From Bacteroidota bacterium (GTDB taxonomy: Bacteria; Bacteroidota; Ignavibacteria; UBA10030), in assembly GCA_021813905.1 (NCBI GenBank), contig JAKAJH010000001.1:62738-126737 (forward strand): a stretch of DNA of 64,000 nucleotides, given 5' to 3'. The position numbers and the translations under genes are program-made. The notes beneath the pieces are model-generated. The model searched no databases. It was not told the origin of the DNA and saw only the letters and a list, made by a program, of their open reading frames with translations. Positions 47,557-56,214 of this stretch are shown piece after piece (the first letter of the stretch is position 1; every line of letters begins with the position of its first letter).

Positions 47557-48537
47557 ATGGATTCGACGCTGGAAAAAGGGAAGGAAGTCATCCGGATCGA
47601 GGCGGATGCGGTTGCGGCGCTGGAGTCGCGCATCAACGGCCGTTTCGCCGAGGCGGTGGATTTGATCTACCGTGCTCAAGGCCGGGTGGTTGTGACCGGC
47701 ATGGGGAAATCGGGCCTGATCGCCCGGAAGATCGCCGCCACGATGAGCTCCACCGGAACGCCGGCCGTGTTCATGCATCCGTCCGATGCCGTCCACGGGG
47801 ATGTGGGGATGGTGCAGCACGACGATGTTGTCATCTGCATCTCCAAGAGCGGCGATACGGAAGAGATCCGTCAGCTGCTCCCGACGCTCCGGCACCTGGG
47901 GGTTCGGGTGGTGTCGATGGTGGGGAATTCGAATTCGTACCTGGGAAAGAACAGCGACGTGGTGCTGGATGTCTCCGTGAAGGAAGAGGCGTGTCCGTAC
48001 GATCTGGCGCCCACTGCCTCGACGACCGCTACGCTGGCTATGGGAGACGCGCTGGCGATCACGCTGCTCCAGAAGCGTAATTTCACGAAGGAGGATTTCG
48101 CCCTGTTCCATCCCGGCGGAATCCTGGGAAAACAGCTTCTCCTGACCGTGGAATCGTTCATGGTCTCCGGCGAGGATGTCCCGATCGTGAACGAGCGTGT
48201 GCCGCTGACCGAGGCAATCGTTACCATCACGTCGAAACGGTTGGGTGCGACCTGCGTGGTGAACGATGCCGGGGTGCTGCTCGGGATCATCACGGACGGT
48301 GACCTGCGTCGGCTGCTGCAGAAGACATCCAATATCACGGACCTCAAAGCGGCCCAGGCCATGACCCGGAATCCCAAGACGCTCCGGCGTGAGATCCTTG
48401 CCGCCCGCGCTCTCGATGTCATGGAGTCGTACAAGATCACACAGCTGGTGGTCATCGACGAAGCCCAGCGCCCCGTCGGCATGATCCATCTGCACGATCT
48501 CGTCAAAGCCGGCCTGGGAGGCGACGCCGTCGGATGA
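47557..48537 (+). CDS. kdsD: arabinose-5-phosphate isomerase (KdsD/KpsF; SIS + tandem CBS)
   Basis: SIS motif VVVTGMGKSGLIARKIAATMSSTG, ISKSGDTEE and C-terminal CBS pair. Confidence 0.92.
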   Translation: MDSTLEKGKEVIRIEADAVAALESRINGRFAEAVDLIYRAQGRVVVTGMGKSGLIARKIAATMSSTGTPAVFMHPSDAVHGDVGMVQHDDVVICISKSGDTEEIRQLLPTLRHLGVRVVSMVGNSNSYLGKNSDVVLDVSVKEEACPYDLAPTASTTATLAMGDALAITLLQKRNFTKEDFALFHPGGILGKQLLLTVESFMVSGEDVPIVNERVPLTEAIVTITSKRLGATCVVNDAGVLLGIITDGDLRRLLQKTSNITDLKAAQAMTRNPKTLRREILAARALDVMESYKITQLVVIDEAQRPVGMIHLHDLVKAGLGGDAVG

Positions 48538-49082
48538 ACCGCCGCACGCGCCTCTGTGGCCTGCTGACCCTCCTGCCGATCCTGCTTTCCGTCCCCGGCT
48601 GCGAAGAAAAAGTGAAACCGTCGGTGCTGGCCTCGGTGGACAGCCGTACCATTCCCCAGCAGGAAAGCTGGAACAGCGACATCGTCGTATCCGACTCCGG
48701 CCGGGTCCGCGCTCTCATCCACGCGGGGTACATCCGTATGTATGAGACCAGCCGTCAGACATTCATGAGTGAAGGTGTACGGGTGCGTTTCTTCAATCCG
48801 TCGGGAGAACTGACCAGCGTGCTGACCAGCGACGAAGGGACGGTGGACGAGGGGACGAACAACCTGGAGGCCCGCAAGAATGTGTATGTCGTCTCCCGTG
48901 ACTCCGTGAAACTGTGGAGCGAAGTGTTGTACTGGGATAACAAGCGCCAGCTGATTCACACTCCCGACTTCGTGCGCATTGTGTCGCCCAAGGAGCGACT
49001 GCAGGGGCGCGGCTTCGAGTCGGATCAGAGTCTCAGGAACTACCGCATCTTCCGCGTGACCGGCGAGGCGAGGACGCAATGA
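48534..49082 (+). CDS. lptC: LPS export protein LptC-like
   Basis: The ATG overlaps the kdsD stop. N-terminal anchor/lipobox (LLSVPGC), OstA-like beta-jellyroll-sized body (182 aa), and position between kdsD and an LptA-like gene. Confidence 0.72.
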   Translation: MNRRTRLCGLLTLLPILLSVPGCEEKVKPSVLASVDSRTIPQQESWNSDIVVSDSGRVRALIHAGYIRMYETSRQTFMSEGVRVRFFNPSGELTSVLTSDEGTVDEGTNNLEARKNVYVVSRDSVKLWSEVLYWDNKRQLIHTPDFVRIVSPKERLQGRGFESDQSLRNYRIFRVTGEARTQ

Positions 49083-50356
49083 TCCGGAAATGGCTGCTTG
49101 CGGCCGTCTCCCTGATCCTGTGCCTCGGAGCATCCGTCCGGGCGCAGACGGGAAAGGTGATCGAGCTTCGCTCGGCGAAGCAGCTGATCGGCCGGGTGAT
49201 GAACGGCGAGCCCGTGCGCGAGCTGATCGGTGATGTGCATTTTGTCCAGGTGACGTCGACGGGACAGCTGGTGCGCGTGTGGTGCGATCGTGGACTGCAG
49301 TTCCTCTCGCAGAACCGCATCGAGCTTTCGGGACACGTGCGCATCGCACGGGACAGCGTGACCATCACATCCCCCGATGGCATGTATGACGGAAACACCC
49401 GGCGGATGGAATCCCGCAACGGCGTGCGGCTGGAGCGCGGCGCCACGGTGCTCACCGCACAGTTCGGGGAGTACTTCGCCGACGAAAAGCGCTCCCATTT
49501 CTCGGGCGATGTCCGGCTCGTCGATTCCGGTTCGGTGATCACCTGCCGCGACATGTCCTATTTCGAGGACGAGGCCCGATCGGTGGCGGTGGGGAACGTG
49601 CATGTGGTGGAAACCGCCAATCGCACCGAGATCTACGGTGATTCCCTGGTCCATCGGGAGCGCGAGCGCTCCACGATCGTGCTTCGTCAGCCGCGCCTGG
49701 TGAAAGTGGATACGTCGGCGGCCGGTGTCATCGATACGATGGTAGTCGCGAGCCGGGTGATGCATTCGTATCAGGATTCGCTCGAGCGCTTCATCGCGCA
49801 AGACAGCGTGCGGATGGTACGCGGGGATATGGCGGCCGAGTGCGGTCTGGCGACGATGTGGCCCAAAGCCGACTCCATTGCGCTGCGGACGCACCCGATC
49901 GTCTGGAGCGCCGAGAATCAGATTACGGGGGATTCCATGGTCATTCACCTGAAGGATCGGAGGATCCGGCGCCTGACCGTGATGGGACATGCGATGGCGA
50001 TCTCCCGGGCGGATTCGATCCGCCGGCGTCGGTTTGACCAGCTGAGCGGCCGCGCGATGACGCTCTGGTTCGGCGGAAACCGTCTGGAGCGGGTGGATGT
50101 TGAACGGAATGCAACGTCTCTGTATTATCTCTCTGATGCGAACGGCCCCAACGGCGTGAATAAAGCCAGCGGGGACCGGATCCTCATCCTGTTCGTGAAC
50201 GGCAACGTGGACCAGCTGAAGATCCTCGGCGGCGTCCAGGGCCAGTACTTCCCGGAATCCATGATCACAGGAAGAGAGCAGGAGTACAACCTGGACGGCT
50301 TCCTCTGGCGGGAGCGGCGTCCGATCCGGCAGGGATTGCAGGTGGTCTATGAGTGA
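49079..50356 (+). CDS. OstA/LptA-domain periplasmic protein (extended LptA-like)
   Basis: Signal peptide (LLAAVSLILCLGASVRAQ) and repeated OstA-like segments. The gene overlaps lptC and lptB. At 425 aa it is about twice the size of a classical LptA. Confidence 0.7.
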   Translation: MIRKWLLAAVSLILCLGASVRAQTGKVIELRSAKQLIGRVMNGEPVRELIGDVHFVQVTSTGQLVRVWCDRGLQFLSQNRIELSGHVRIARDSVTITSPDGMYDGNTRRMESRNGVRLERGATVLTAQFGEYFADEKRSHFSGDVRLVDSGSVITCRDMSYFEDEARSVAVGNVHVVETANRTEIYGDSLVHRERERSTIVLRQPRLVKVDTSAAGVIDTMVVASRVMHSYQDSLERFIAQDSVRMVRGDMAAECGLATMWPKADSIALRTHPIVWSAENQITGDSMVIHLKDRRIRRLTVMGHAMAISRADSIRRRRFDQLSGRAMTLWFGGNRLERVDVERNATSLYYLSDANGPNGVNKASGDRILILFVNGNVDQLKILGGVQGQYFPESMITGREQEYNLDGFLWRERRPIRQGLQVVYE

Positions 50357-51248
50357 ACGAAAACGGAAGACGGTACGAACGACGCCGTCAACGAGCCGGC
50401 GGGGAGCGCGGGGAACCGCCCGTCCTCGCCCGACGCGCCGCGTACGAACGACGGCCGCGCCGGTCATTGCCACCGCCCCAATACCTGCCGTACAGGCTCC
50501 GATCCCGGCGGATCGGCGGATCCTGCGCTCGGAGGGACTGGTCAAGCGCTATGCGAAGCGGACGGTGGTCAACGACGTGACCGTCGACGTTCGCCAGGGG
50601 GAGATCGTCGGACTCCTGGGCCCTAACGGTGCCGGCAAGACGACCACGTTCTACATGATTGTGGGGATGATCCGGCCGAACGGCGGCAAGGTCTTCATCG
50701 ACCAGACAGAACTGACCCTGATGCCGATGTACCGGCGTGCGCGTCTCGGCATCGGCTACCTGCCGCAGGAGGCCTCGGTGTTTCGGCGCCTGTCGGTCCG
50801 CGACAACATGATGGCGGTGCTGCAGATGACGCCGTTGTCGAAGAAGGAGCAGGAAGAAAAGTGTGACCGCCTGCTGGAGGATTTCGGGCTGACTCGTCTG
50901 GCGAAGAGCAAAGGCTACGTACTCTCCGGTGGCGAGCGGCGCCGCACGGAGATCGCCCGGGCGCTGGCGCTGGATCCCAAGTTTATGCTCCTGGACGAGC
51001 CGTTCGCCGGCATCGACCCGATCGCCGTCGAGGATATCATGCGGATCGTTACGCAGCTGAAAGAGAAGAATATCGGCGTGCTCATCACGGACCACAACGT
51101 GCATGAGACTCTGTCCATCACGGATCGGTCGTATCTGCTGTTCGAAGGGAAGATCCTCAAGGCGGGCACCGCGCAATTTCTCGCAAACGACCCCGAGGCC
51201 CGAAAGCTCTATCTCGGCGAGAAGTTCAAGCTCGACCGGTACGAATGA
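50349..51248 (+). CDS. lptB: LPS export ABC transporter ATPase LptB with a basic N-terminal extension
   Basis: Walker A GPNGAGKTT, signature LSGGERRRTEIARAL, Walker B LLDEPFAGIDP, H-loop ITDHNV. The conserved core begins near LRSEGLVKRY. The only ATG or GTG upstream of it is ATG 50349, giving a roughly 58-aa Arg/Thr/Pro-rich extension. Confidence 0.88.
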   Translation: MSERKRKTVRTTPSTSRRGARGTARPRPTRRVRTTAAPVIATAPIPAVQAPIPADRRILRSEGLVKRYAKRTVVNDVTVDVRQGEIVGLLGPNGAGKTTTFYMIVGMIRPNGGKVFIDQTELTLMPMYRRARLGIGYLPQEASVFRRLSVRDNMMAVLQMTPLSKKEQEEKCDRLLEDFGLTRLAKSKGYVLSGGERRRTEIARALALDPKFMLLDEPFAGIDPIAVEDIMRIVTQLKEKNIGVLITDHNVHETLSITDRSYLLFEGKILKAGTAQFLANDPEARKLYLGEKFKLDRYE

Positions 51249-51353
51249 ATTTCGTGAGCGGCCGATGGCCGGCACAGGCAGCACGGCAGCAGCCGCGCAC
51301 CGGCGGGGCATCGACTGCATCGTTTCTCACCATCACTATCGTGCGGAAGGCGT

Positions 51354-52370
51354 ATGGTTGTCGTTCTGGAATCGGGAGCCACTCCCGGACAAGTTGATCA
51401 CATCATCCGGGTCCTGCATGACTATGGATTCGACGTCCATCAGTCCACCGGAGTGCAGCACACGGTGCTCGGCGCCATCGGCGTCCACCCGGAGTTCGAC
51501 CACCGGCAAATCGAGTTGCTGCCCGGCGTTTCCGAGGTCGTCCGTATCACCGAGCCGTTCAAGCTCGCCAGCCGGGCCTTCAAACGGGAAGGATCGGTTG
51601 TCGACGTCGGTGGCGTGCCGATCGGCGGTGAGGCGGTCGTCATCATGGCCGGCCCGTGTTCCGTCGAGAGCGAAGAGCAGATCGACACGATCGCGGCCCG
51701 CGTGGCGGCATCGGGTGCCCGGATACTGAGGGGCGGTGCATTCAAGCCGCGTACGTCGCCATACGCGTTCCAGGGGCTCGGCGAAGATGGCCTGCGCATG
51801 CTGCGCACGGCGGCGGATGCCCACGGGTTGAAGGTTATCACGGAAGTCATGGACAAGAGCCAGATCGACCTCGTGGAACGCTACGCGGATGTCCTGCAGG
51901 TCGGCGCCCGGAACATGCAGAACTACACTTTCCTGAAGGATCTGGGGAGGATCTCAAAGCCCGTCATGTTGAAGCGCGGACTCGCGGCCACCATCGAGGA
52001 ATGGCTCATGGCGTCGGAGTACATACTGGCCGGCGGCAATCAGCACGTGATCCTGTGCGAGCGCGGCATCCGCACTTTTGAAACGGCCACCCGCAATACG
52101 ATGGACATCGGCGCGATCCCGGTGGTGAAGAAGAAGAGCCATCTGCCCGTGGTCGCCGATCCGTCGCACGGCATCGGGATCCGCGACAAGGTCATTCCCA
52201 TGGCGCGGGCCGCCGTCGCCGCCGGAGCCGACGGACTGATGGTGGAGGTGCACCACGATCCCGACCATGCCAAGTCCGACGGAGCGCAGTCCATTTATCC
52301 CGATCAGTTCGATCAGATGATGCAGGAGGTCCGGCTGATCGCTCAGGCCATCGGTCGCCGCCTCGCGTAG
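51354..52370 (+). CDS. aroF: 3-deoxy-7-phosphoheptulonate (DAHP) synthase, class I-beta with N-terminal ferredoxin-like regulatory domain
   Basis: The N-terminal ~70 aa form an ACT/FL-like domain (MVVVLESGATPGQVDHIIRVL). The catalytic barrel follows (IMAGPCSVES, RGGAFKPRTSPY, KRG, ADPSHG). Confidence 0.9.
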   Translation: MVVVLESGATPGQVDHIIRVLHDYGFDVHQSTGVQHTVLGAIGVHPEFDHRQIELLPGVSEVVRITEPFKLASRAFKREGSVVDVGGVPIGGEAVVIMAGPCSVESEEQIDTIAARVAASGARILRGGAFKPRTSPYAFQGLGEDGLRMLRTAADAHGLKVITEVMDKSQIDLVERYADVLQVGARNMQNYTFLKDLGRISKPVMLKRGLAATIEEWLMASEYILAGGNQHVILCERGIRTFETATRNTMDIGAIPVVKKKSHLPVVADPSHGIGIRDKVIPMARAAVAAGADGLMVEVHHDPDHAKSDGAQSIYPDQFDQMMQEVRLIAQAIGRRLA

Positions 52371-52405
52371 AGGATGACCTGCCTGCTCGTTCCGCGTATC
52401 CCGAC

Positions 52406-53518
52406 ATGAGTGCCCGCCGATCCGATCATACAGAATTTCGTCGCGTCACCATCGTGGGTGTCGGCCTGATCGGCGGTTCGCTCGGGCTTGCCATTCAGCA
52501 TCGGTTCCCTTCCTGCGTGGTCACCGGTGTGGATCGGCCGGAGGTTCTGCGGACCGCACGCCGCCGCGGAGCGATCCATCACGGTGAAACAAGCGTTGCG
52601 CGGGGAGTCCGGGAAGCGGATCTCGTTATTCTCGCGGCACCGATGCCGGCAATTCTCCGACTCCTTCCGGTTGTGGGGCGATCGGTCTCTTCCCGCGCCA
52701 TCGTTACGGATACCGGCAGCGTCAAATCGCCGGTACGGGACCGTTCCCGCACGCTCTTCCCAGGTGGAAATTTCATCGGCGGTCATCCCATGACGGGGGC
52801 GGAGTTCTCCGGCGTCCGCGCGGCGCACCCGCTCCTTTTTGAAAACGCTTTTTGCGTTCTGTGTCCGTCCCGTGCCGCGAACCGCAGCGCCCTGCGTCGT
52901 CTGGCCCGATTCTATGGTGCATTGGGATCGCGCGTTGTCGTCCTGCCCGCTGAGGAGCATGACCGCGCGGTTGCGGCACTCAGTCACGTTCCCCAACTGG
53001 CGGCGGTCGCGCTGATGCGCTCGGCGGCTGCTCAGCCGTTGACCCGGTCACATCTTCGTCTGGGCGCCGGCGGATTCCGCGATATGACTCGGATCGCGTC
53101 GAGTCCATTCGCTCTCTGGAAGGACATCCTTCTTCAGAATCGCCGTGAGGTCCGCGGCGCACTAGCGCGTTTCGTCAAAGAACTGCAACGTTCACGCCGC
53201 GCTTTGGCTGGCGGGACGGCGGGGCTTGCTTCGCAATTCCGGGAAGCGGCGCGCCTTCGCGCTCAGATCCCGCGCGGCATGAAGGGACTGCAGAGTCATG
53301 TCCCGGAACTGACGGTCTATCTCCCTGATCGACCGGGTTCGCTCGCGGCCGTCACGTCGGCGCTGGCCCGGAATCGGGTCAACATCAAGGATTTGGAATT
53401 GCTCAAGGTGCGGGAGGGGACGGGAGGAACGTTTCGGATGGCGTTCGAATCGTCAAAGGAACGCGCCCGGGCGCGGAGGATCCTGGCTCGTGCGGTGATC
53501 CGGCTGGAGAGCCGCTGA
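52406..53518 (+). CDS. tyrA: prephenate dehydrogenase with C-terminal ACT domain
   Basis: Rossmann start VTIVGVGLIGGSLGLA, GGHPMTG catalytic motif and a C-terminal ACT-like segment (LTVYLPDRPGSLAAVTSALARNRVNI). Confidence 0.88.
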   Translation: MSARRSDHTEFRRVTIVGVGLIGGSLGLAIQHRFPSCVVTGVDRPEVLRTARRRGAIHHGETSVARGVREADLVILAAPMPAILRLLPVVGRSVSSRAIVTDTGSVKSPVRDRSRTLFPGGNFIGGHPMTGAEFSGVRAAHPLLFENAFCVLCPSRAANRSALRRLARFYGALGSRVVVLPAEEHDRAVAALSHVPQLAAVALMRSAAAQPLTRSHLRLGAGGFRDMTRIASSPFALWKDILLQNRREVRGALARFVKELQRSRRALAGGTAGLASQFREAARLRAQIPRGMKGLQSHVPELTVYLPDRPGSLAAVTSALARNRVNIKDLELLKVREGTGGTFRMAFESSKERARARRILARAVIRLESR

Positions 53519-53528
53519 ATCGTACACG

Positions 53529-53546
53529 CAAAAGCCCCGGCGGGGC
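53529..53546 (-). terminator. possible terminator after the FmdB-type gene
   Basis: The minus strand reads GCCCC-GCC-GGGGC followed by TTTTG. The stem and loop are short, so confidence is only moderate. Confidence 0.35.
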
Positions 53547-53584
53547 CGCCCGAGGCTTCGTTGGGGGAAAACGCGAACAGTACG

Positions 53585-53860
53585 CTACGTCGAAGACGGC
53601 TTCGAACTCGAACCGCCGGAAGCATCCTTCTTCGGCTTTGAGTCCGGTTTTGGTGCGGTCGACGGGGACGCGGAATTCTTCTTGTAGTCCGTGAGGTAGA
53701 ATCCGCTGCCCTTGAAGATCATTCCTGCCCCGCCTCCCATGATCCGTTTCAGCGACGGCTCCGCGCATTTCGGGCACACGACCAGGGGATCGGCCGTGAT
53801 CTGCTGAAACTCCTCGAATTCGTATCCACACGACTTGCAGCGATACTCATACGTCGGCAT
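53585..53860 (-). CDS. FmdB-family zinc-ribbon protein with Ser/Pro/Lys-rich tail
   Basis: MPTYEYRCKSCGYEFE...VCPKCAE (two CxxC pairs) is the FmdB/CxxC_CxxC_SSSS signature. The C-terminal third is low-complexity. Confidence 0.85.
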   Translation of the reverse strand: MPTYEYRCKSCGYEFEEFQQITADPLVVCPKCAEPSLKRIMGGGAGMIFKGSGFYLTDYKKNSASPSTAPKPDSKPKKDASGGSSSKPSST

Positions 53861-53892
53861 AGCGTCAATTCCTTTGGGACAATCCTTTCTCC

Positions 53893-53921
53893 AATATACT
53901 TTGGAAAGTCCGAGATTTCAA
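53893..53921 (-). promoter_or_regulatory. putative promoter of the FmdB-type gene: TTGAAA-N17-TATATT
   Basis: Read on the minus strand, with a 17-nt spacer, about 30 nt upstream of ATG 53860. Confidence 0.4.
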
Positions 53922-53928
53922 TTAGATT
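53901..53928 (+). promoter_or_regulatory. putative ferritin promoter: TTGGAA-N16-TAGATT
   Basis: Read directly. It overlaps the divergent FmdB candidate face-to-face. The 16-nt spacer makes it weaker. Confidence 0.25.
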
Positions 53929-54002
53929 GCAGCTGTATACAGGAACGACCGGCGTCCGTGCCGGGTTCCGGAGTCGCTCCATCCAAATGAGGAGACCCTC
54001 CC

Positions 54003-54497
54003 ATGCTCAGCAAACCGCTGCATGATGCTCTGAACGAGCAGATCAACCACGAGTTGTCTTCTGCCTACCTGTATCTTTCGATGGCGGCGCATTGCGACGC
54101 TGAAAACCTCCCCGGCTTCGCACACTGGCTCCGGGTTCAGTACCGCGAAGAGACGGAGCACGGGATGAAGTTCTATCGGTACATCTACGACCGCGGCAAC
54201 GCTGTGACACTGAAAGCGATCGCCCAACCGCCGACGAAGTTCAAGAGCCCGCTCGAGCTCTTCAAACAGGTGCTTGAACACGAGAAGAAAGTGACGGGGC
54301 TGATCAACGACCTGTACGCCCTTGCCACAAAGGAAAAAGACTACGCGACGCAGACCATGCTGCAGTGGTTCATCACCGAGCAGGTGGAAGAGGAAAAGAA
54401 CGCGACCGCGATTATCGAGATGCTGAAGATGGTCGGCGATTCGCCGGTCTCGTTGATGATGGCCGACCGGCAGCTCGCCGCTCGCGCGGGAAGCTGA
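54003..54497 (+). CDS. non-heme ferritin
   Basis: 164 aa with ferroxidase-centre pattern (LNEQINHELSSAYLYLSM, EETEHGMKF, EHEKKVT, QWFITEQVEEE). GGAGA lies 8 nt upstream of the ATG. Confidence 0.9.
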   Translation: MLSKPLHDALNEQINHELSSAYLYLSMAAHCDAENLPGFAHWLRVQYREETEHGMKFYRYIYDRGNAVTLKAIAQPPTKFKSPLELFKQVLEHEKKVTGLINDLYALATKEKDYATQTMLQWFITEQVEEEKNATAIIEMLKMVGDSPVSLMMADRQLAARAGS

Positions 54498-54513
54498 GCA
54501 TCACCGGCTCGTG

Positions 54514-54543
54514 CGGAAAGAGAAACGCCGCTTCGGACTTCCG
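54514..54543. terminator. bidirectional rho-independent terminator between ferritin (+) and pckA (-)
   Basis: Stem AACGCCGCT(TCGG) / (CCGG)AGCGGCGTT of about 13 bp with an ACTT loop. It is flanked by CTTCGTTTCT on the plus strand and TCTCTTTCC on the minus strand. Confidence 0.7.
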
Positions 54544-54573
54544 GAGCGGCGTTCTTCGTTTCTGCGGATGATG

Positions 54574-56214
54574 TCACACGTGCGGACCGGCGGCGACCAC
54601 TTCCGGCGGACAGTCTTTCTCATACTTCCGGAAGTTCTCCACGAACCGCGTCGCCAGCTGGCGGTACTTCTGCGCGTGCGCCTGTGGGGTCGGCCAGGAA
54701 CCGGCCGGATCCAGAATGCTCTCCGGCACGCCGGGGCAGCTCTTGGGTACCTGGAATCCGAACACCGGGTCCGTGCGGTACTCCACGCCCAACAGTGAGC
54801 CGTCGAGTGCCGCATTGAGCAGCGTCCGCGTGTAGCTGATGCTGATGCGTTTGCCGACGCCGAACGCGCCGCCCACCCAGCCGGTATTCACCAGCCAACA
54901 ATGCGCACCGTACTTCAGAATCTTCCGTTTCAGCAGATCGGCATAGAACGCCGGCCGGTGGACCATGAAGGGAGCGCCGAAGCAGGTGCTGAAGGTCATC
55001 TCCGGCTCCTTGCCGAGCCCGACCTCTGTACCCGCAATCTTCGACGTGTACCCCGAAATGAACTGATACATCGCCTGCTCGGGCGTCAGCTTGGCGATCG
55101 GCGGCATGACGCCGGACGCGTCGCACGTCAGGAAGATGATGTTCTTCGGATGCCCGCCCATCTTGCCGGGCACCGCGTTGGCGATATAGTCCAGCGGGTA
55201 CGAAGCGCGTGTGTTCTCGGTGATCGACTCGTCGTCGAGATCGATCATGCGGGTCACCGGATCGTATACCACATTCTCCAGGATCGTCCCGAACTGGCGT
55301 GTGGTGGCGTAGATCTGCGGCTCGGCGGAAGACGAAAGACGGATGACCTTGGCGTAGCATCCCCCCTCGAAGTTGAACACGCCGTCGTCGCTCCAGCCGT
55401 GCTCATCATCGCCGACCAGGCCGCGGTGCGGATCGGCCGACAGCGTCGTCTTGCCGGTGCCCGACAGGCCGAAGAAGATGGCGGCATCGTTCTTCGGTCC
55501 GACGTTGGCTGAACAGTGCATCGGCATCACGCCCTGCAGCGGCAATAGATAGTTGAGGATCGTAAAGACGGACTTCTTGAGCTCGCCGGCATACGCCGTG
55601 TTGCCGATGAGGCAGAGGCGCTGCTCGAAGTTCAGCACGATGAATGTGTTCGTCGGTGTGCCGTCGATGGTCGGCATCGACTTGAAGGACGGCACTGCGA
55701 TCACGGTGAACTCGGGCGTGTGACGACGGTATTCCTCGTTCGTCGTCGGAAGGATGAACATATTCCGCGCGAAGATGGAATGCCACGCATGCTCGGTGAT
55801 GACGCGGATCGGCATCCGGAAATTCGGATCGGCGCCGGCGTAACAGTCCTGCACGAACACGTCGCGGCCCTGCAGGAATCCCTGCATCCGGGCGAACAGC
55901 TCGTTGAAGGCGTCCGTGCTGAACGGGCGGTTGTATTCGCCCCACCAGATGTTCTCATCCGTCGACGGCTCCTGGACGACGAACTTGTCATTGGCCGAGC
56001 GGGCCGTATGCTTCCCTGTGTTGACGACCAGCGGACCGAGCCGGGAGATGCGTCCTTCCCGTCGGAATGCCACTTCTTCGTACAGCGCCTCGGTCGGAAG
56101 ATTCCAGTACACCATCCGCAGATTGGTCAGGCCATGACTGTCGAGGCCGTAGTCGCTTTTCAGGGCGCCGGCTTCGGCCTGTGCCGGAGTCTTGATATCA
56201 AGGATGTTGTTCAT
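54574..56214 (-). CDS. pckA: phosphoenolpyruvate carboxykinase (ATP)
   Basis: NTGKHTARSANDKF, kinase-1a GLSGTGKTTLS and the rest of the ATP-PEPCK layout. ATG 56214 (MNNILDIKTPAQ) gives 546 aa and overlaps the upstream stop (ATGA). The track's 682-aa version adds a non-homologous extension. Confidence 0.93.
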   Translation of the reverse strand: MNNILDIKTPAQAEAGALKSDYGLDSHGLTNLRMVYWNLPTEALYEEVAFRREGRISRLGPLVVNTGKHTARSANDKFVVQEPSTDENIWWGEYNRPFSTDAFNELFARMQGFLQGRDVFVQDCYAGADPNFRMPIRVITEHAWHSIFARNMFILPTTNEEYRRHTPEFTVIAVPSFKSMPTIDGTPTNTFIVLNFEQRLCLIGNTAYAGELKKSVFTILNYLLPLQGVMPMHCSANVGPKNDAAIFFGLSGTGKTTLSADPHRGLVGDDEHGWSDDGVFNFEGGCYAKVIRLSSSAEPQIYATTRQFGTILENVVYDPVTRMIDLDDESITENTRASYPLDYIANAVPGKMGGHPKNIIFLTCDASGVMPPIAKLTPEQAMYQFISGYTSKIAGTEVGLGKEPEMTFSTCFGAPFMVHRPAFYADLLKRKILKYGAHCWLVNTGWVGGAFGVGKRISISYTRTLLNAALDGSLLGVEYRTDPVFGFQVPKSCPGVPESILDPAGSWPTPQAHAQKYRQLATRFVENFRKYEKDCPPEVVAAGPHV

